DNA of 64,000 bases from Eukaryota sp. GEM-RC1 (lineage: Eukaryota). Positions within the stretch are counted from its first letter, which is position 1. The number at the start of each line of letters is the position of its first letter. Of this stretch, positions 37,831 to 48,664 are shown piece by piece. The position numbers and the translations under genes were made by a program. The notes below the pieces were generated by a model. That model did not search any database. It saw nothing but the letters and a program-made list of their open reading frames with translations, and had not been told where the DNA came from. The stretch lies in the NCBI GenBank assembly GCA_040285855.1, contig JAUFOQ010000002.1, positions 1,364,001 through 1,428,000 of the forward strand, read 5' to 3'.

Positions 37831-39003
37831 TAGGGCTGTCAATTTCTCCCATTTCTCCCAACTCCCACCCAACTCCCATCTCCCATGACCCTTGGGAGTG
37901 GGAGTGGGAGCTTCAGTAGCAATTTTTGGGAGTGGGAGTGGGAGTGGGAGCTCTCCGTTGGGAGGTGGGAACTCCCAAAATCTCACATCTCCCATTTACA
38001 GACACAACTCTAACTTCAATTTAAAACAGAAACAAGCTAGCTAGACAAATACAGTTATAATTTTTCTAGAATATTAATAGGACTAGGTGTATTACATTTT
38101 TACTGTCTTTGTTTTGTTTTTATTTATTTTCGTTTTATAAAGAGCGTGGTTGTTTATCTGTAAATTTCAACCAATGTCATCGCTTGATTTATCTGAAGAT
38201 CCTGAAAACTCTGGTCTGTTTAAACATCCTGATTTTATTGAATTTGTTTCCTCTCTTTCAGTTTCAAAATTCCAAAAAGAACCACGATAAGAAATGATAT
38301 GTTGAATGTTTATGAGTCATTTAAAGGATACTTGATAGATAAATTCAAAAATGTGTGTAATTCTTCTAAAGTATCTATTAGGATTGATAGATGGACATCG
38401 AATACAAACAAGCATTTTAATGGGGTAACAGTTCACTGTATTGAAGACTGGAATTTAAACATTTACAATGTACGTCCACGGTTTTAAGCACCTGAAAGAA
38501 AACCACACTGCCATCAACATTGCCGATGCTGTGGAAGAAATTATTACTGAATTTGGTTTAAAATACAAAATGTGTTGTGTTTCAACAGGTATTCACGACT
38601 ATCCGCATACATTGTATGCTAAGAACTTTATGACAACACAAGCCTCATCAGTTCCAAGTGAACAGTTATTTTCTCAGGCAGGGTGTGTTGTTACGAAGTT
38701 ACGAGCTTCCTTGAGTAGTGATTCTATTGAAGTAGTCCTTTGTTTGAAATCATGGTTCAAAGGTCGGGAGATGAGAGAGTTGTTCATGAATCAGAGATAG
38801 AGTTAGTGATTGTTATGTTTATAAAGTAAAGTGTCATTGTACTAGAAGATACAAAAATGGGAGTTGGGTGGGAGTTGGGAGAATTTGTTGGGAGTGGGAG
38901 TGGGAGTGGGAGTCTCACCTATGACAAGTGGGAGGTGGGAGTGGTAGTGGGAGAACACGTGTTGGGAGTGGGAGAAACTCCCATCTCCCATTAACAGCTC
39001 CTT
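37831..39003 (+). mobile_element. Internally deleted hAT element (1173 bp)
   Basis: TIR TAGGGCTGTCAAT (imperfect). Perfect TSD TCGAGTAG (37823-37830, 39004-39011). GGGAGT subterminal arrays. Transposase remnants IDRWTS, HTAINIA and the dimerisation motif ASSVPSEQLFSQAG...CLKSW. Confidence 0.92.
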
Positions 39004-39041
39004 TCGAGTAGTGATGTGATCACAAGATTTGCCCCCATCCC

Positions 39042-39902
39042 ATGTTAAAATCTCCTGCTGAAATCTTTGAGGCAATCTCTCATCTTGGCATCCAAAAAGG
39101 AACAGCGTCCCTTCGCAAGTTATGTGCTTTGGCATTCATTGCTGGACTCTTTCTTTCCCTTGGTGGATTAGTATCTGCAGTAGGTGCCAGCAGAGTTTCT
39201 GTTTCCATGGAAGGAGATGCAATCTCTGTCTCCCACTTCGCTAACTACTTCACCTATGCTGCTCTCTTCCCTATGGGCCTCATCCTCATCTTCTGTTGTG
39301 GAGCTGAACTCTTCACTGGAAACAACCTCTATCTTATCATTTCCTGCTTCAACAAGACCATTACTATCAAGCAAGTTCTCCGCAACTGGTCCATTGTCTG
39401 GGTCTTCAACTTTTTAGGATCCATCTTCGCTATTTTCGTGTTTGCTAGATTCTCTGGTGTTGTCGCTTCAGACTCTCTCCCCGCCGCCTTCATCCAAAAC
39501 CTTGCTGAAACCAAGATCTCTCTTTCTTTTGTAGAGATCTTCTTCAGAGGAATTGGTTCCAACTTCCTTATTTGTGCTGGATCCTGGATGGCAATTGGCA
39601 GTCAGGATATCTTCTCTAGAGGTTTCTCCATTTGGCTTGCTGCTTTCATCTTTGTTTTCAATGGATTTGAGCATAGTATTGCCAATATGTTCTCATTACC
39701 CCTAGGGTATATCGTTGGTGGAGATTTTCCTTTGTGGAAGGTTTTTTATCAAATTATTGTGACCACTGTTGGTAATATTGTTGGAGGTGCTTTTATTGTT
39801 GGTTTAGTTTATTGGTTAGCCTTTTCTGAAGCACCCAAACAATCTACGCAGACTGAAAATGACGAGGAAATGGTTGATAAAAAGAATGAACCAATCGTCT
39901 GA
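39042..39902 (+). CDS. Formate/nitrite transporter (FNT family)
   Basis: FPMGLILIFCCGAELFTGN, NWSIVWVFNFLG, GFEHSIANMF, GNIVGG. Confidence 0.95.
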   Translation: MLKSPAEIFEAISHLGIQKGTASLRKLCALAFIAGLFLSLGGLVSAVGASRVSVSMEGDAISVSHFANYFTYAALFPMGLILIFCCGAELFTGNNLYLIISCFNKTITIKQVLRNWSIVWVFNFLGSIFAIFVFARFSGVVASDSLPAAFIQNLAETKISLSFVEIFFRGIGSNFLICAGSWMAIGSQDIFSRGFSIWLAAFIFVFNGFEHSIANMFSLPLGYIVGGDFPLWKVFYQIIVTTVGNIVGGAFIVGLVYWLAFSEAPKQSTQTENDEEMVDKKNEPIV

Positions 39903-39973
39903 TCATAATTCTATTTTTCATGTTGAATTATTTAATAAATTATTTTACAATAAATTTTACATGTAACTGTTGG

Positions 39974-40327
39974 TCACTCGGGGGTTGATTTTTGGACAGA
40001 AATGATTTGATTAGTTGCTGTTTCAAGTTCATCTACAATAGAGTTCAAAACAAGTAGTTTGTCAGCAACAGCAGAAACTCTTCCCATTTCAGAGTTTATC
40101 TTGTTGACGTTGTCGATGAGTTGAGACATTGAAGCGAGGGAAGAAGATGTTTCTGTTTCAAAAGAGGTGCAGATATCATCTAGCAGTTGTAAGTGATTTC
40201 GAGTATTAAGAAGAAGAGAATCAGTATGGTCTTGCACAGAACCTTGGAGTTTATCAATACTTTCAGAAGTTTTAGCAGTAGCTTTCTCAAGAGCTGATAC
40301 AGACACTGAAACTGGTTGAGAAGTCAT
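39974..40327 (-). CDS. BORCS6/BLOC-1-related coiled-coil subunit (tentative)
   Basis: 117-aa all-helical ORF whose heptad pattern resembles the BORCS6/BLOC1S3 C-terminal domain. Confidence 0.5.
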   Translation of the reverse strand: MTSQPVSVSVSALEKATAKTSESIDKLQGSVQDHTDSLLLNTRNHLQLLDDICTSFETETSSSLASMSQLIDNVNKINSEMGRVSAVADKLLVLNSIVDELETATNQIISVQKSTPE

Positions 40328-40971
40328 TTATTATGATGCTAGTAGAGCAATTTGATGTTGGAAGAGAGATTTCAGAATTCAATCTGTTTAACCTTAATCT
40401 GTTAAATCAATTCTCACTAAGAAGATTAAAACCGTGGTTGATCATATAATAGACCTCATTTTGATATCCATTTTTGTCCAATCAGTTAAAAACTCTACCT
40501 TTTATTTACCATTACTAATGAACAACATCAATAATAATCCTAATCCCACTAAAATTAATAGACAAACCTTCAGTCCAGGTGTTGTTCTATTAATCAAAAA
40601 AATTCATTTGAAACAAGCAGTCACGAAACACAAGTTTGTCTGAAGGGTTATGAATGCTCATAAAAAACAATGATCGATTATTAATGTTAGCTCTTTATAT
40701 TACAGAATGCCCAACGCTTAGAAGAACACAGGGCACAATAATCACAGACAACAGAAACTTGAAGATGAATACGATTAATTTTCCGTTGGGAAAAAGAACC
40801 TGATTTAGATGTTTCAGTCTTTAAGAAATTTACAGTAAAAAAAAGCATTAAAATAATAAGAATAGAACATGAATTTTGTACAAAATCTTAAAGTATACAT
40901 ATCGCAAGAAATTAGAAGATATAAACGGCCAGTACAACCTGGAGCATAGTGAAAGGCTCCAAAAGAAAACC

Positions 40972-43125
40972 CTAATTAATCACAGGAAAAAGTGGTTTTT
41001 TTGTGAATAATTTTGCATACCTCGGATTATCAAACCTAGTTTCCGATATTTTCAAACAACTTAAATCATGAGACAAAGGTGAAGCCTTCTTCATTTTAAA
41101 CTCATCATTTCCCTTAAATCCCTTCAACTGCTTCTTTCTTCCAGGAAGTACTGAGAAGTAGAAACATTCGTCTTTGTGTATCTTAACCCCAGCCAAAGAG
41201 ATTCTTCCGTTAGCTGGAGGATGTTTCATTGGACATTTGATTGAAGATCCTTTAGGATTAATGTTATTTAAATTAACAAAACAATATTCAGTACCTGTCG
41301 AAGTGAAAGAATTCGAGGATTTTAGAAGACCTGATTTTAAAGTCGACATTTCAGTCTCCATCATTTTTGATTGACGGTGTTTCATCTTACTCTTACTAGA
41401 CTTCTTCCCCTTATTCTTTTCAATGATTTCGGAATCACTAGAAATTTGAAAACAATAAACAACAGTCGTAGTATAAACCAAGTAATTTTGAAAAAATGCT
41501 TCAAAATCTTCAGTTTAGTCAACACCCATAGTGTAATCAACAGAGTAATAACAAAAGAAGTATCAAAAAGTCCTAGAACCGGGCCTACGCACACATCAAA
41601 CTGCTCCATGATACACTTAAACTCAAGAAACTTACAAGTACAGTCTGATAGCAGCCAAGGATTGTCACCTTCATTGGACTCATTCCAGTCTTTAGTTTCA
41701 GTATGCCCTTCTTGTAATACCTTGAATTGTTTAAAATCCAAGACCTCGCCTGAATGACTCTGAATGAGCTCTAAATCACACGTGACCAAAACGTCATCAT
41801 CAGTTTGAGTAATAGAGATCTGAGTTGAAGCAAAAGCATGCCCATCTCCTGGAACGAACATATCACCAAAAGGGGGAAACTACAACGTCAGCAGTCACGT
41901 CATCTGACCAGCACTTTAAGGAAGGAGACACGATAGCACCACGTGAACCATCTGCATAAGCATAGAACTTAATATCCACTGGAATTTGACCACCCATTGG
42001 AGAGTCAGTTAGGACAGAAAGGTTTCTAATGAGAATAGGGGTGTTGCTATGGATTGTGCGGAGTAAGGAGTCAGCTGGAAACTCTAACTTGACTAAAACT
42101 CCAAAAAAGGAGTCAATTGAATAGATTAATAGCCGATCATTGGAGGTAATCACGTCACGAACGTTACCAAGAGAAGAGGCGAAATGCCAAGGAACTTTAC
42201 CATCTTGTTGAAGCTTTTGAGCTTTTTTTAACAGTGTTTTCAATGGAATTAATCAATGACGGATCAATTGGACCAGAGCAGTGTTTAACAGAATTACTTT
42301 GAAAGGATTGAAACACTTTGAGTGGAGAAAGACTATCAGTTTCTGATTGAGAAAGGATCAATCTATTTGATTGAACTGAAGTTCTGATGTATCGGCGACC
42401 AGTGATTGAGGGAAAGTGATCAGAAAACCCCCCAAGACCCCCCCTCAAGAGAAACTAGCAGACTCTTATCAGAAGTCGTTTGAATTCTTGAGCTTGGAGT
42501 TACACGAGCAGTAAACTCTTGATTATTATAAGTAACAGAACATTCAACATGAAAGTCAATCTCCCCCCTTCCCAATGGTATAAGTAGGAACAGAAGGTTC
42601 TAAAGGACGTTGGCAGTGAGCTGAGTGCCAAGAACCGGCGAATAAGGAGCAAGCTATTCGGTTTCTGGAAGACCAAATGTCAGATATGCGACAAGTACAG
42701 CAGAAACCAGAGGAGTATGGGATGGGATCGTCTTTACTGTCAAGGGACCAGCCACAGGTTGCAGATCTACCATCAGGGGAGATTGGTGCATGACATGAAT
42801 CAAGGGCAGAGACGCCAACGATCTTTTCTTGGTAGCTGAAAGGAAGATCTTCGACATAGTGAAGAGGAAAAAGAACTTCAGGAGTGGATCGGATACAATA
42901 GATGGATACAGGGGATGAAAGGTCCACTGAATCGATGGAAGAGACATCGAATTCCAGTTCAGGTGAATCGGACTGAGCGAGATTGAGTAGAATCACTGCT
43001 TTCTTTTCACATGAAATATCAACGCCATCAGAGGTCTCACATGACACAATTGTAGAGCTGGAAAGAACCGAACACGAAGAAAAAGAGAAGATGATGGATG
43101 TAAGAAAGAGTACATGGATGAGCAT
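40972..43125 (-). CDS. HAP2: HAP2/GCS1 gamete fusogen (several frameshifts)
   Basis: Signal peptide, C..CEKKAVI, TCGW...IPYSSGFCCTC...RNRIAC...SAHCQR, a pre-TM Cys cluster CTC...C...C, a TM helix and a basic tail. The pieces are collinear on the minus strand, with breaks at or near homopolymers. Confidence 0.88.
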
Positions 43126-43154
43126 TTTGCCTGCGTCACAGTTGTTCCTCATCA

Positions 43155-44063
43155 ATGGCAAACTATTTGGATGTTAACGCCTTCCTTCAAACAGTGTTAT
43201 CACCCGATACTATCACCAAACATGTACAACTTTTGGATTCTGCGAGCTCATTTCCTTCTCATGGTCAGTCATGTGCCGCACTATTAAAAAAGCTAGAATC
43301 CATTGTAACAACCAGTTATCGTGACCCATCAGTATTCCCTCTTTTGGTAAGTATCTCCAGAGCCCTCACACTACTTGCTGATCAGAAGACATTCGAGGCA
43401 TCCAAAACCATTGAGATTCTTACAATGCTCATTAAGAAGTCAAACCCCTCTCAACAGTTGTACTATCTAAAAACAACACTAGAGATCCTGTTATCAAAAG
43501 CCCAGTCATCACACCTGTTAGATAAGAGAATTCTGCAACCAATCATCAACTGCCTAATAGAATCACAGGAAGTAAACGATCACACTGCTAGAACTCTTTC
43601 CGTAATCATTGATCACTTTCTATCACCCACGTTTCTAACCACTCAATCACAATCAGTTCTGAACCTAATCAGTTTCCTCTTAAACAAGTTCCCGCGACCT
43701 TCACCAAATGAACCCAATCTAGACCAGTATACCTCTGTAGTACTGGGATCAGTCTCACTAAGTAAGTTGGCTAAGCTAATGTTTGAACTAAATGAAGAAG
43801 AGGAAGAGATATTAAGTGATCCTCGTGTTAGTTGTTCAGGAATTGCTCAAGAGTCGTTGATGTATTTGTTGAAGATTGTTCCATCACCATGTTTAGGGCT
43901 ATTTACTGATAGTTTAGTGCAACATTTGAAAAGTGTGTCTCAAAGTGTGGATGTAGTACAAAAAGGAAAGATTGTTGAGCAAATATTTGAAATATTGGAC
44001 AAAATTAAGACATTTATGAGCGTTTCAGTTTATCAAAAGGCTTGGGAAAATGCTTTTCTGTAA
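43155..44063 (+). CDS. Hypothetical alpha-helical protein
   Basis: ATG-started 302-aa Leu-rich ORF. Confidence 0.65.
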   Translation: MANYLDVNAFLQTVLSPDTITKHVQLLDSASSFPSHGQSCAALLKKLESIVTTSYRDPSVFPLLVSISRALTLLADQKTFEASKTIEILTMLIKKSNPSQQLYYLKTTLEILLSKAQSSHLLDKRILQPIINCLIESQEVNDHTARTLSVIIDHFLSPTFLTTQSQSVLNLISFLLNKFPRPSPNEPNLDQYTSVVLGSVSLSKLAKLMFELNEEEEEILSDPRVSCSGIAQESLMYLLKIVPSPCLGLFTDSLVQHLKSVSQSVDVVQKGKIVEQIFEILDKIKTFMSVSVYQKAWENAFL

Positions 44064-44075
44064 AAAAAGAGACGA

Positions 44076-45395
44076 TTATTGGTCAAGAAACTTTCCCAGA
44101 AGAGGTAGAAAAGCTTCCAAGTGAGTGCAATCAAGTCCAAGAGTGTTTAACTTTGATAGTGTTTCCTTATATGAACTCAAATCTCGTCGTTTAGAATTAG
44201 CAGAGAGAATTTTAAAAAATCTGCAAAAATAGAAATGAATGGCGGAATTAAATAAGTCAAAAAACAAATGTTGCGAATCTATGGAAAGATCCAACTCGTT
44301 TAGAACAAAATTGAGAAAAGATGGACGTATATAACAATGATTAACAAAGAATTCAATCAAATAATCGTGTATCATTTGATTAACTAATTCAGATCTCCTA
44401 GAATGCAATCCATAACGTTCCATATAAGTGTTGAAGATAAACGACACAAAAATCATGGAAAACACTTCAAAATGTGAAGATCTGCTAGTCTTTAAGAAAC
44501 TCTGAAACAAGACTAAGAAACGGTTAAAGATAAAGGTTAATAGTTTTGGTGGTGCATTGTCAATAACAGGAAGAAACGAAATGAAATTGGTCACAAAAGA
44601 AGTGGAAAAACGTGTGACAGCATTCAGACCAAATGTGGATTTTTCCAAAGATTTCAAATCCAGCAAATAAGTAACAAAGTTCAAATCCAGCGTAGGTTCG
44701 TTGATTACTCTTCTCCGACGATCAAATTTGATTGATCTAATACTAAAAGGATTTGGTAGAGACAGAATTCCCGAAACAAACTCTGATCTGGATTTTAAAG
44801 AAATACTGGAACAAGAAGAAACTCGAGAAGGAGAAGGGGGAAGGATCCATTGGTGTGTAACTAGAAGCTGATCCAGTTCCAATGCAAACTCTCCAAGAAA
44901 ATTGTTGTTTTCAATGGAGACAACAAAAGAATAGAAGAGTTGAAGAAATAAAGAACTAAGGGAGGATAAGAACTGTACAGGGACGGGTTTAGAGTACAGA
45001 GTAAGATAGACGGTGTGGCAGGTGGACAAAATGGAGGAACAATTGTTCAGGAAAGCTTGGAGAGAGTGAAAAACAGTAAGAAGGTCCTCTAACAGACAGT
45101 TCCTCTCTTCTACTTGATCAGCCAGCAGTAGCAGTTGTGAAGACTGAGATTTGAGAACATCAATAATGCAACCAACTAAGACTGGTTTTAACTCTGAAGA
45201 GAATTGTTCTACTACGTTACAACGATGACATGTTCCACATGGTTTGTGAAGTTTCCACTTAGAAGACTTTTGTTCCGAAATAAGATTTTGGATCGCCTGG
45301 GAACAGTCATCGGCTGCAACCACATCTAACCTATGGGAGAGTAGAGTAACTAGTGAATGAGGAGGCTCTTCGAGCCCATCAAGAACGACTTCCAT
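44076..45395 (-). CDS. Hypothetical protein
   Basis: ATG-started 439-aa ORF. No motif recognised. Confidence 0.65.
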   Translation of the reverse strand: MEVVLDGLEEPPHSLVTLLSHRLDVVAADDCSQAIQNLISEQKSSKWKLHKPCGTCHRCNVVEQFSSELKPVLVGCIIDVLKSQSSQLLLLADQVEERNCLLEDLLTVFHSLQAFLNNCSSILSTCHTVYLTLYSKPVPVQFLSSLSSLFLQLFYSFVVSIENNNFLGEFALELDQLLVTHQWILPPSPSRVSSCSSISLKSRSEFVSGILSLPNPFSIRSIKFDRRRRVINEPTLDLNFVTYLLDLKSLEKSTFGLNAVTRFSTSFVTNFISFLPVIDNAPPKLLTFIFNRFLVLFQSFLKTSRSSHFEVFSMIFVSFIFNTYMERYGLHSRRSELVNQMIHDYLIEFFVNHCYIRPSFLNFVLNELDLSIDSQHLFFDLFNSAIHFYFCRFFKILSANSKRRDLSSYKETLSKLNTLGLDCTHLEAFLPLLGKFLDQ

Positions 45396-45418
45396 TCATT
45401 GGAAATTTTGTACCAAAA

Positions 45419-46690
45419 ATGTCTCTCCCACCCACCGTCATCATAGATGCAGGGAGTTACTCTACTAAAGTTGGATACTGCGGCGATGAGTGTCCTCGTT
45501 ATGCTGCTCCGTCTGTTTATGGAGTCAAGTCTTCTGTAAAACAAGAAGATGGATCACCAATGGAAGACTCTTCATCTCCTTCGTCTTCTACCTTTATTAA
45601 CAGTGAACTTTCACTCTCTTCATTTCTCCCCAACACTGATATAGTCTCTCCTTTTGATACATCTGGTCTCATCAGTGATTGGGATGGCCTAGAACAACAC
45701 TGGAGATACATTTTTTCCTATCTAGGCATCATCCCTGAAGAATCCCCTATTCTGATCGCTGAAGCTCCTCACAACACCAAAGAACATCGAGAACGAATCT
45801 GTCGTCTCATGTTTGAGTCCTTCAACTGCCCTGCCGTCTACTTTGGTAAAACCCCTGTTCTATCAGCCTTTGCCAATGGTAAAACTTCTGGAATGGTTGT
45901 TGATATGGGTGCCCACTCGACAATGGTTTGCCCTGTTGTTGATGGCTACGTCTACAACAAAGGCCTAGTCCGATCTCCCCTTGGAGGCCATGGACTATCG
46001 CACGTTCTTGATGTCTACATCACTTCAAAGGGATACAACCTTAAACCAAGCTACCGTATTAAGAAGAAGAACATTGGGGGTTCTTTTGATGTTAGAGATT
46101 TAGGAGTAGACGGTGTCAGACCCTCGTTTGAAATGTTCCATCGAGCAGAACTCGTCAATGATATCAAACATACTTCTTGTTTCGTGAACGATGGCTTTAT
46201 TGATCCTGGTAATGTGGTGATCTCTCATCCTTTTGAGTCTTACACACTTCCTGATGGTCAAAGGCTTGATCTAGGTCCTGTTTCAGCAATCATACCAGAA
46301 TTGATGTTCAATAGTGGTATTGTTGACGTTCTACTACCAGAAGTCACGGGAAGTCTTGGATTTAACCTTAAATCAGTTATTCCCCTCAGTCAAATGACTA
46401 GGCATTCGCTTAACGCATGTGATCCTGAGTCTCGTAAAGATGCTGCTAGCGTGGCCATTCTAACTGGAGGAAGTTCTCTAATGAAGGGAATGAGAGATCG
46501 GTTTATAACTGATGTTGAGAACAGTACAGGGGTTAGAACTTTCGCAATGTTAGAACCGAGTGAGAGATCATTTGGACCATGGATTGGAGGGTCTATCCTA
46601 GCGAGTTTGCCTTCGTTTCATCAGTTGTGGATCTCGAAGCAAGAGTTTGAGGAACATGGTAGTACTTTGGTTGAAAGGAAGAGTAAGTAG
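45419..46690 (+). CDS. ARP4: Nuclear actin-related protein 4
   Basis: VIIDAGSYSTKVGYCGDECP, LMFESFNCPAVY, ERSFGPWIGGSILASLPSFHQLWISKQEFEEHG. Likely ATG at 45419. Confidence 0.85.
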   Translation: MSLPPTVIIDAGSYSTKVGYCGDECPRYAAPSVYGVKSSVKQEDGSPMEDSSSPSSSTFINSELSLSSFLPNTDIVSPFDTSGLISDWDGLEQHWRYIFSYLGIIPEESPILIAEAPHNTKEHRERICRLMFESFNCPAVYFGKTPVLSAFANGKTSGMVVDMGAHSTMVCPVVDGYVYNKGLVRSPLGGHGLSHVLDVYITSKGYNLKPSYRIKKKNIGGSFDVRDLGVDGVRPSFEMFHRAELVNDIKHTSCFVNDGFIDPGNVVISHPFESYTLPDGQRLDLGPVSAIIPELMFNSGIVDVLLPEVTGSLGFNLKSVIPLSQMTRHSLNACDPESRKDAASVAILTGGSSLMKGMRDRFITDVENSTGVRTFAMLEPSERSFGPWIGGSILASLPSFHQLWISKQEFEEHGSTLVERKSK

Positions 46691-46869
46691 TTTGTAGTGG
46701 TGTGATTGAAATTGATTTTTGATGTGTATTTTATTTGTGTTCTCATTATTCTTTTTGAAAAAATTAGAAGAAATTGATTTCAAATTTAAGATTATGACGG
46801 TTATAAACTTCAGACATCAATCTCGTTTTCCACTGGAATTTATTGTTACATTAGAATCATTACATTGCA

Positions 46870-48600
46870 TTACTTAGCCCAATCTGGAAACTCCATTGGT
46901 TTAAATCCAAAAACTGTTGGTAGAAACAAGACAGAATACACCGCTACCGCAAAGTTACCAAAAATAGAAAGGAAAAAGCCACGCTTAGCCATATCTGAAA
47001 CCTTAAGTCCCACAACCTCCTTAGAAGCAAACACAATACTATTAGGAGGGGTGGCAGAAATCAACATAAATGCGCATGAACAAGACAGAGTAGCAGGAAC
47101 CATCAACATCAAGGGATGGATCTCAATAGCTCTAGCTAGCCCAGCAATGATTGGGAGAAGAGTTAGAGCTGCAGATGTATTTGAAGTAACTTCAGAAATT
47201 AAAGAAGCAGTTTGACAAATAAAATAAACAATGAAAAACAATGGTAAATTCTCAAAGGCAACCAATTGATTACCTAAATAAGTACTCAATCCAGACTCAT
47301 TAAAGGCATAAGACATTGAAAACCCTGCTCCAAACAAGAACAGCAAGTTATACGGCACTTTAGCCATTGTTGCCCAGTTCAAAACACGATGATACTTCTC
47401 ACCTTCCTTTTCTGGAACTGCTTTAGAAGGAATGAAGAACAAAATCAAAGGAACAAGCATTGCTGGGATAGCATCACTCATGAAAGAAGGTTCTGGGAAG
47501 ATCCCTGCCCAGCCATCCCCGATTCCAAACCAAGAAGTTCTACAAGACCATAAGAGAGCTGTGATCAAGAAAGCCACTCCCACAACTTTTTCTTCAAAAG
47601 TCAAACTACCAAGATTCTTCAACTGAGTGGCAAACACGTTAACCATTGAATCTTTGGAAGAGTTGATACCTTCCTCAATGTCATCCTTCTGAACCTCTTT
47701 CATTGCCTTGGTGGCTTTCTTAGCAGCCCTTAAGAATGATATATTCAAGCAGATGAGAAACAAGAAGGCAAAGGGAGCAGAGAACACGAACCAAGAAGTA
47801 AAGTTAGGGACCATGTCGCTGGGAATATCAGGGAACTGAGACTGGAGGACTTGAGGTAGAGACATGTTGGGAGGAGATCCGACGATTGTAGCGATTCCAC
47901 CAATACTGCAACTCCAGGCAACGATCAAGAAGAGACATTTACCGTAGATGTTGGTAACTGCAGGGTTTTTACCATGAGGATCGAGCTGTTTTAGTACGGA
48001 AACAGCGTTTGGAAGAACTGCTAAAGCAGCAGCAGTGTTTGAGATGAAGGCACTCAAAAAGAAGCAGACAAAGGAAACTGCGATAAGAATGAGTACAGGG
48101 CTTCCCCTAGCAGCCTTAACAGCAAGTAGAGAGATACGCTTGTGAAGATTGGCTTTTTGGAGAGCCAGTGCAAGAGCAAAGCCTCCAAGGAAGAGGAAAC
48201 TGATATGAGTGAAGTACTGAGATGCTACATCCTGAACTGAGATTACCTGCAGTAATGGAAAAGCTACTACAGGGATCAGAGAAGATACACCAAGTTCAAC
48301 GATCTCGGAGACCCAGCCACCAGCAACAAGAACAACAACCGCAGCGGTCCTACTAATAGTTGCATCGTTTGCGAGATACAAGGGAGGAATAAATGCAAGA
48401 CATATAAATCCCACAACAGCTACTGTTGCAATAATCAGCTGTGATCGAGAACAATAAGCAGCTGGCTTAGGAGGGGGTGTTTTCGATGAAGAGGTGCATG
48501 ATATTTGAGAAAGGTCGTCGTTAGAAGATGCACTATTAATGTTCTCATCGTTATGTTGTACATCAACAACTACAGCGTCGTCTTTAGATGACTGGCTCAT
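46870..48600 (-). CDS. SLC13/DASS sodium-dicarboxylate/sulfate transporter
   Basis: FLFLGGF, LHKRISL, SAFISNTAA, IGGIATIVGSPPN, SEVTSNTS, AFMLISATPPNSIVF. Confidence 0.95.
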   Translation of the reverse strand: MSQSSKDDAVVVDVQHNDENINSASSNDDLSQISCTSSSKTPPPKPAAYCSRSQLIIATVAVVGFICLAFIPPLYLANDATISRTAAVVVLVAGGWVSEIVELGVSSLIPVVAFPLLQVISVQDVASQYFTHISFLFLGGFALALALQKANLHKRISLLAVKAARGSPVLILIAVSFVCFFLSAFISNTAAALAVLPNAVSVLKQLDPHGKNPAVTNIYGKCLFLIVAWSCSIGGIATIVGSPPNMSLPQVLQSQFPDIPSDMVPNFTSWFVFSAPFAFLFLICLNISFLRAAKKATKAMKEVQKDDIEEGINSSKDSMVNVFATQLKNLGSLTFEEKVVGVAFLITALLWSCRTSWFGIGDGWAGIFPEPSFMSDAIPAMLVPLILFFIPSKAVPEKEGEKYHRVLNWATMAKVPYNLLFLFGAGFSMSYAFNESGLSTYLGNQLVAFENLPLFFIVYFICQTASLISEVTSNTSAALTLLPIIAGLARAIEIHPLMLMVPATLSCSCAFMLISATPPNSIVFASKEVVGLKVSDMAKRGFFLSIFGNFAVAVYSVLFLPTVFGFKPMEFPDWAK

Positions 48601-48664
48601 TATGGAGTTGGTGATCAAAAAAATTCAAACGTCAACTTTCTCCTGCTCAAATGTCTTTGAATAA

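Noticed and set aside
37860..38990. GGGAGT arrays as telomeric repeats or a G-quadruplex locus
   Set aside because: They are subterminal repeats inside a TSD-bounded hAT element.
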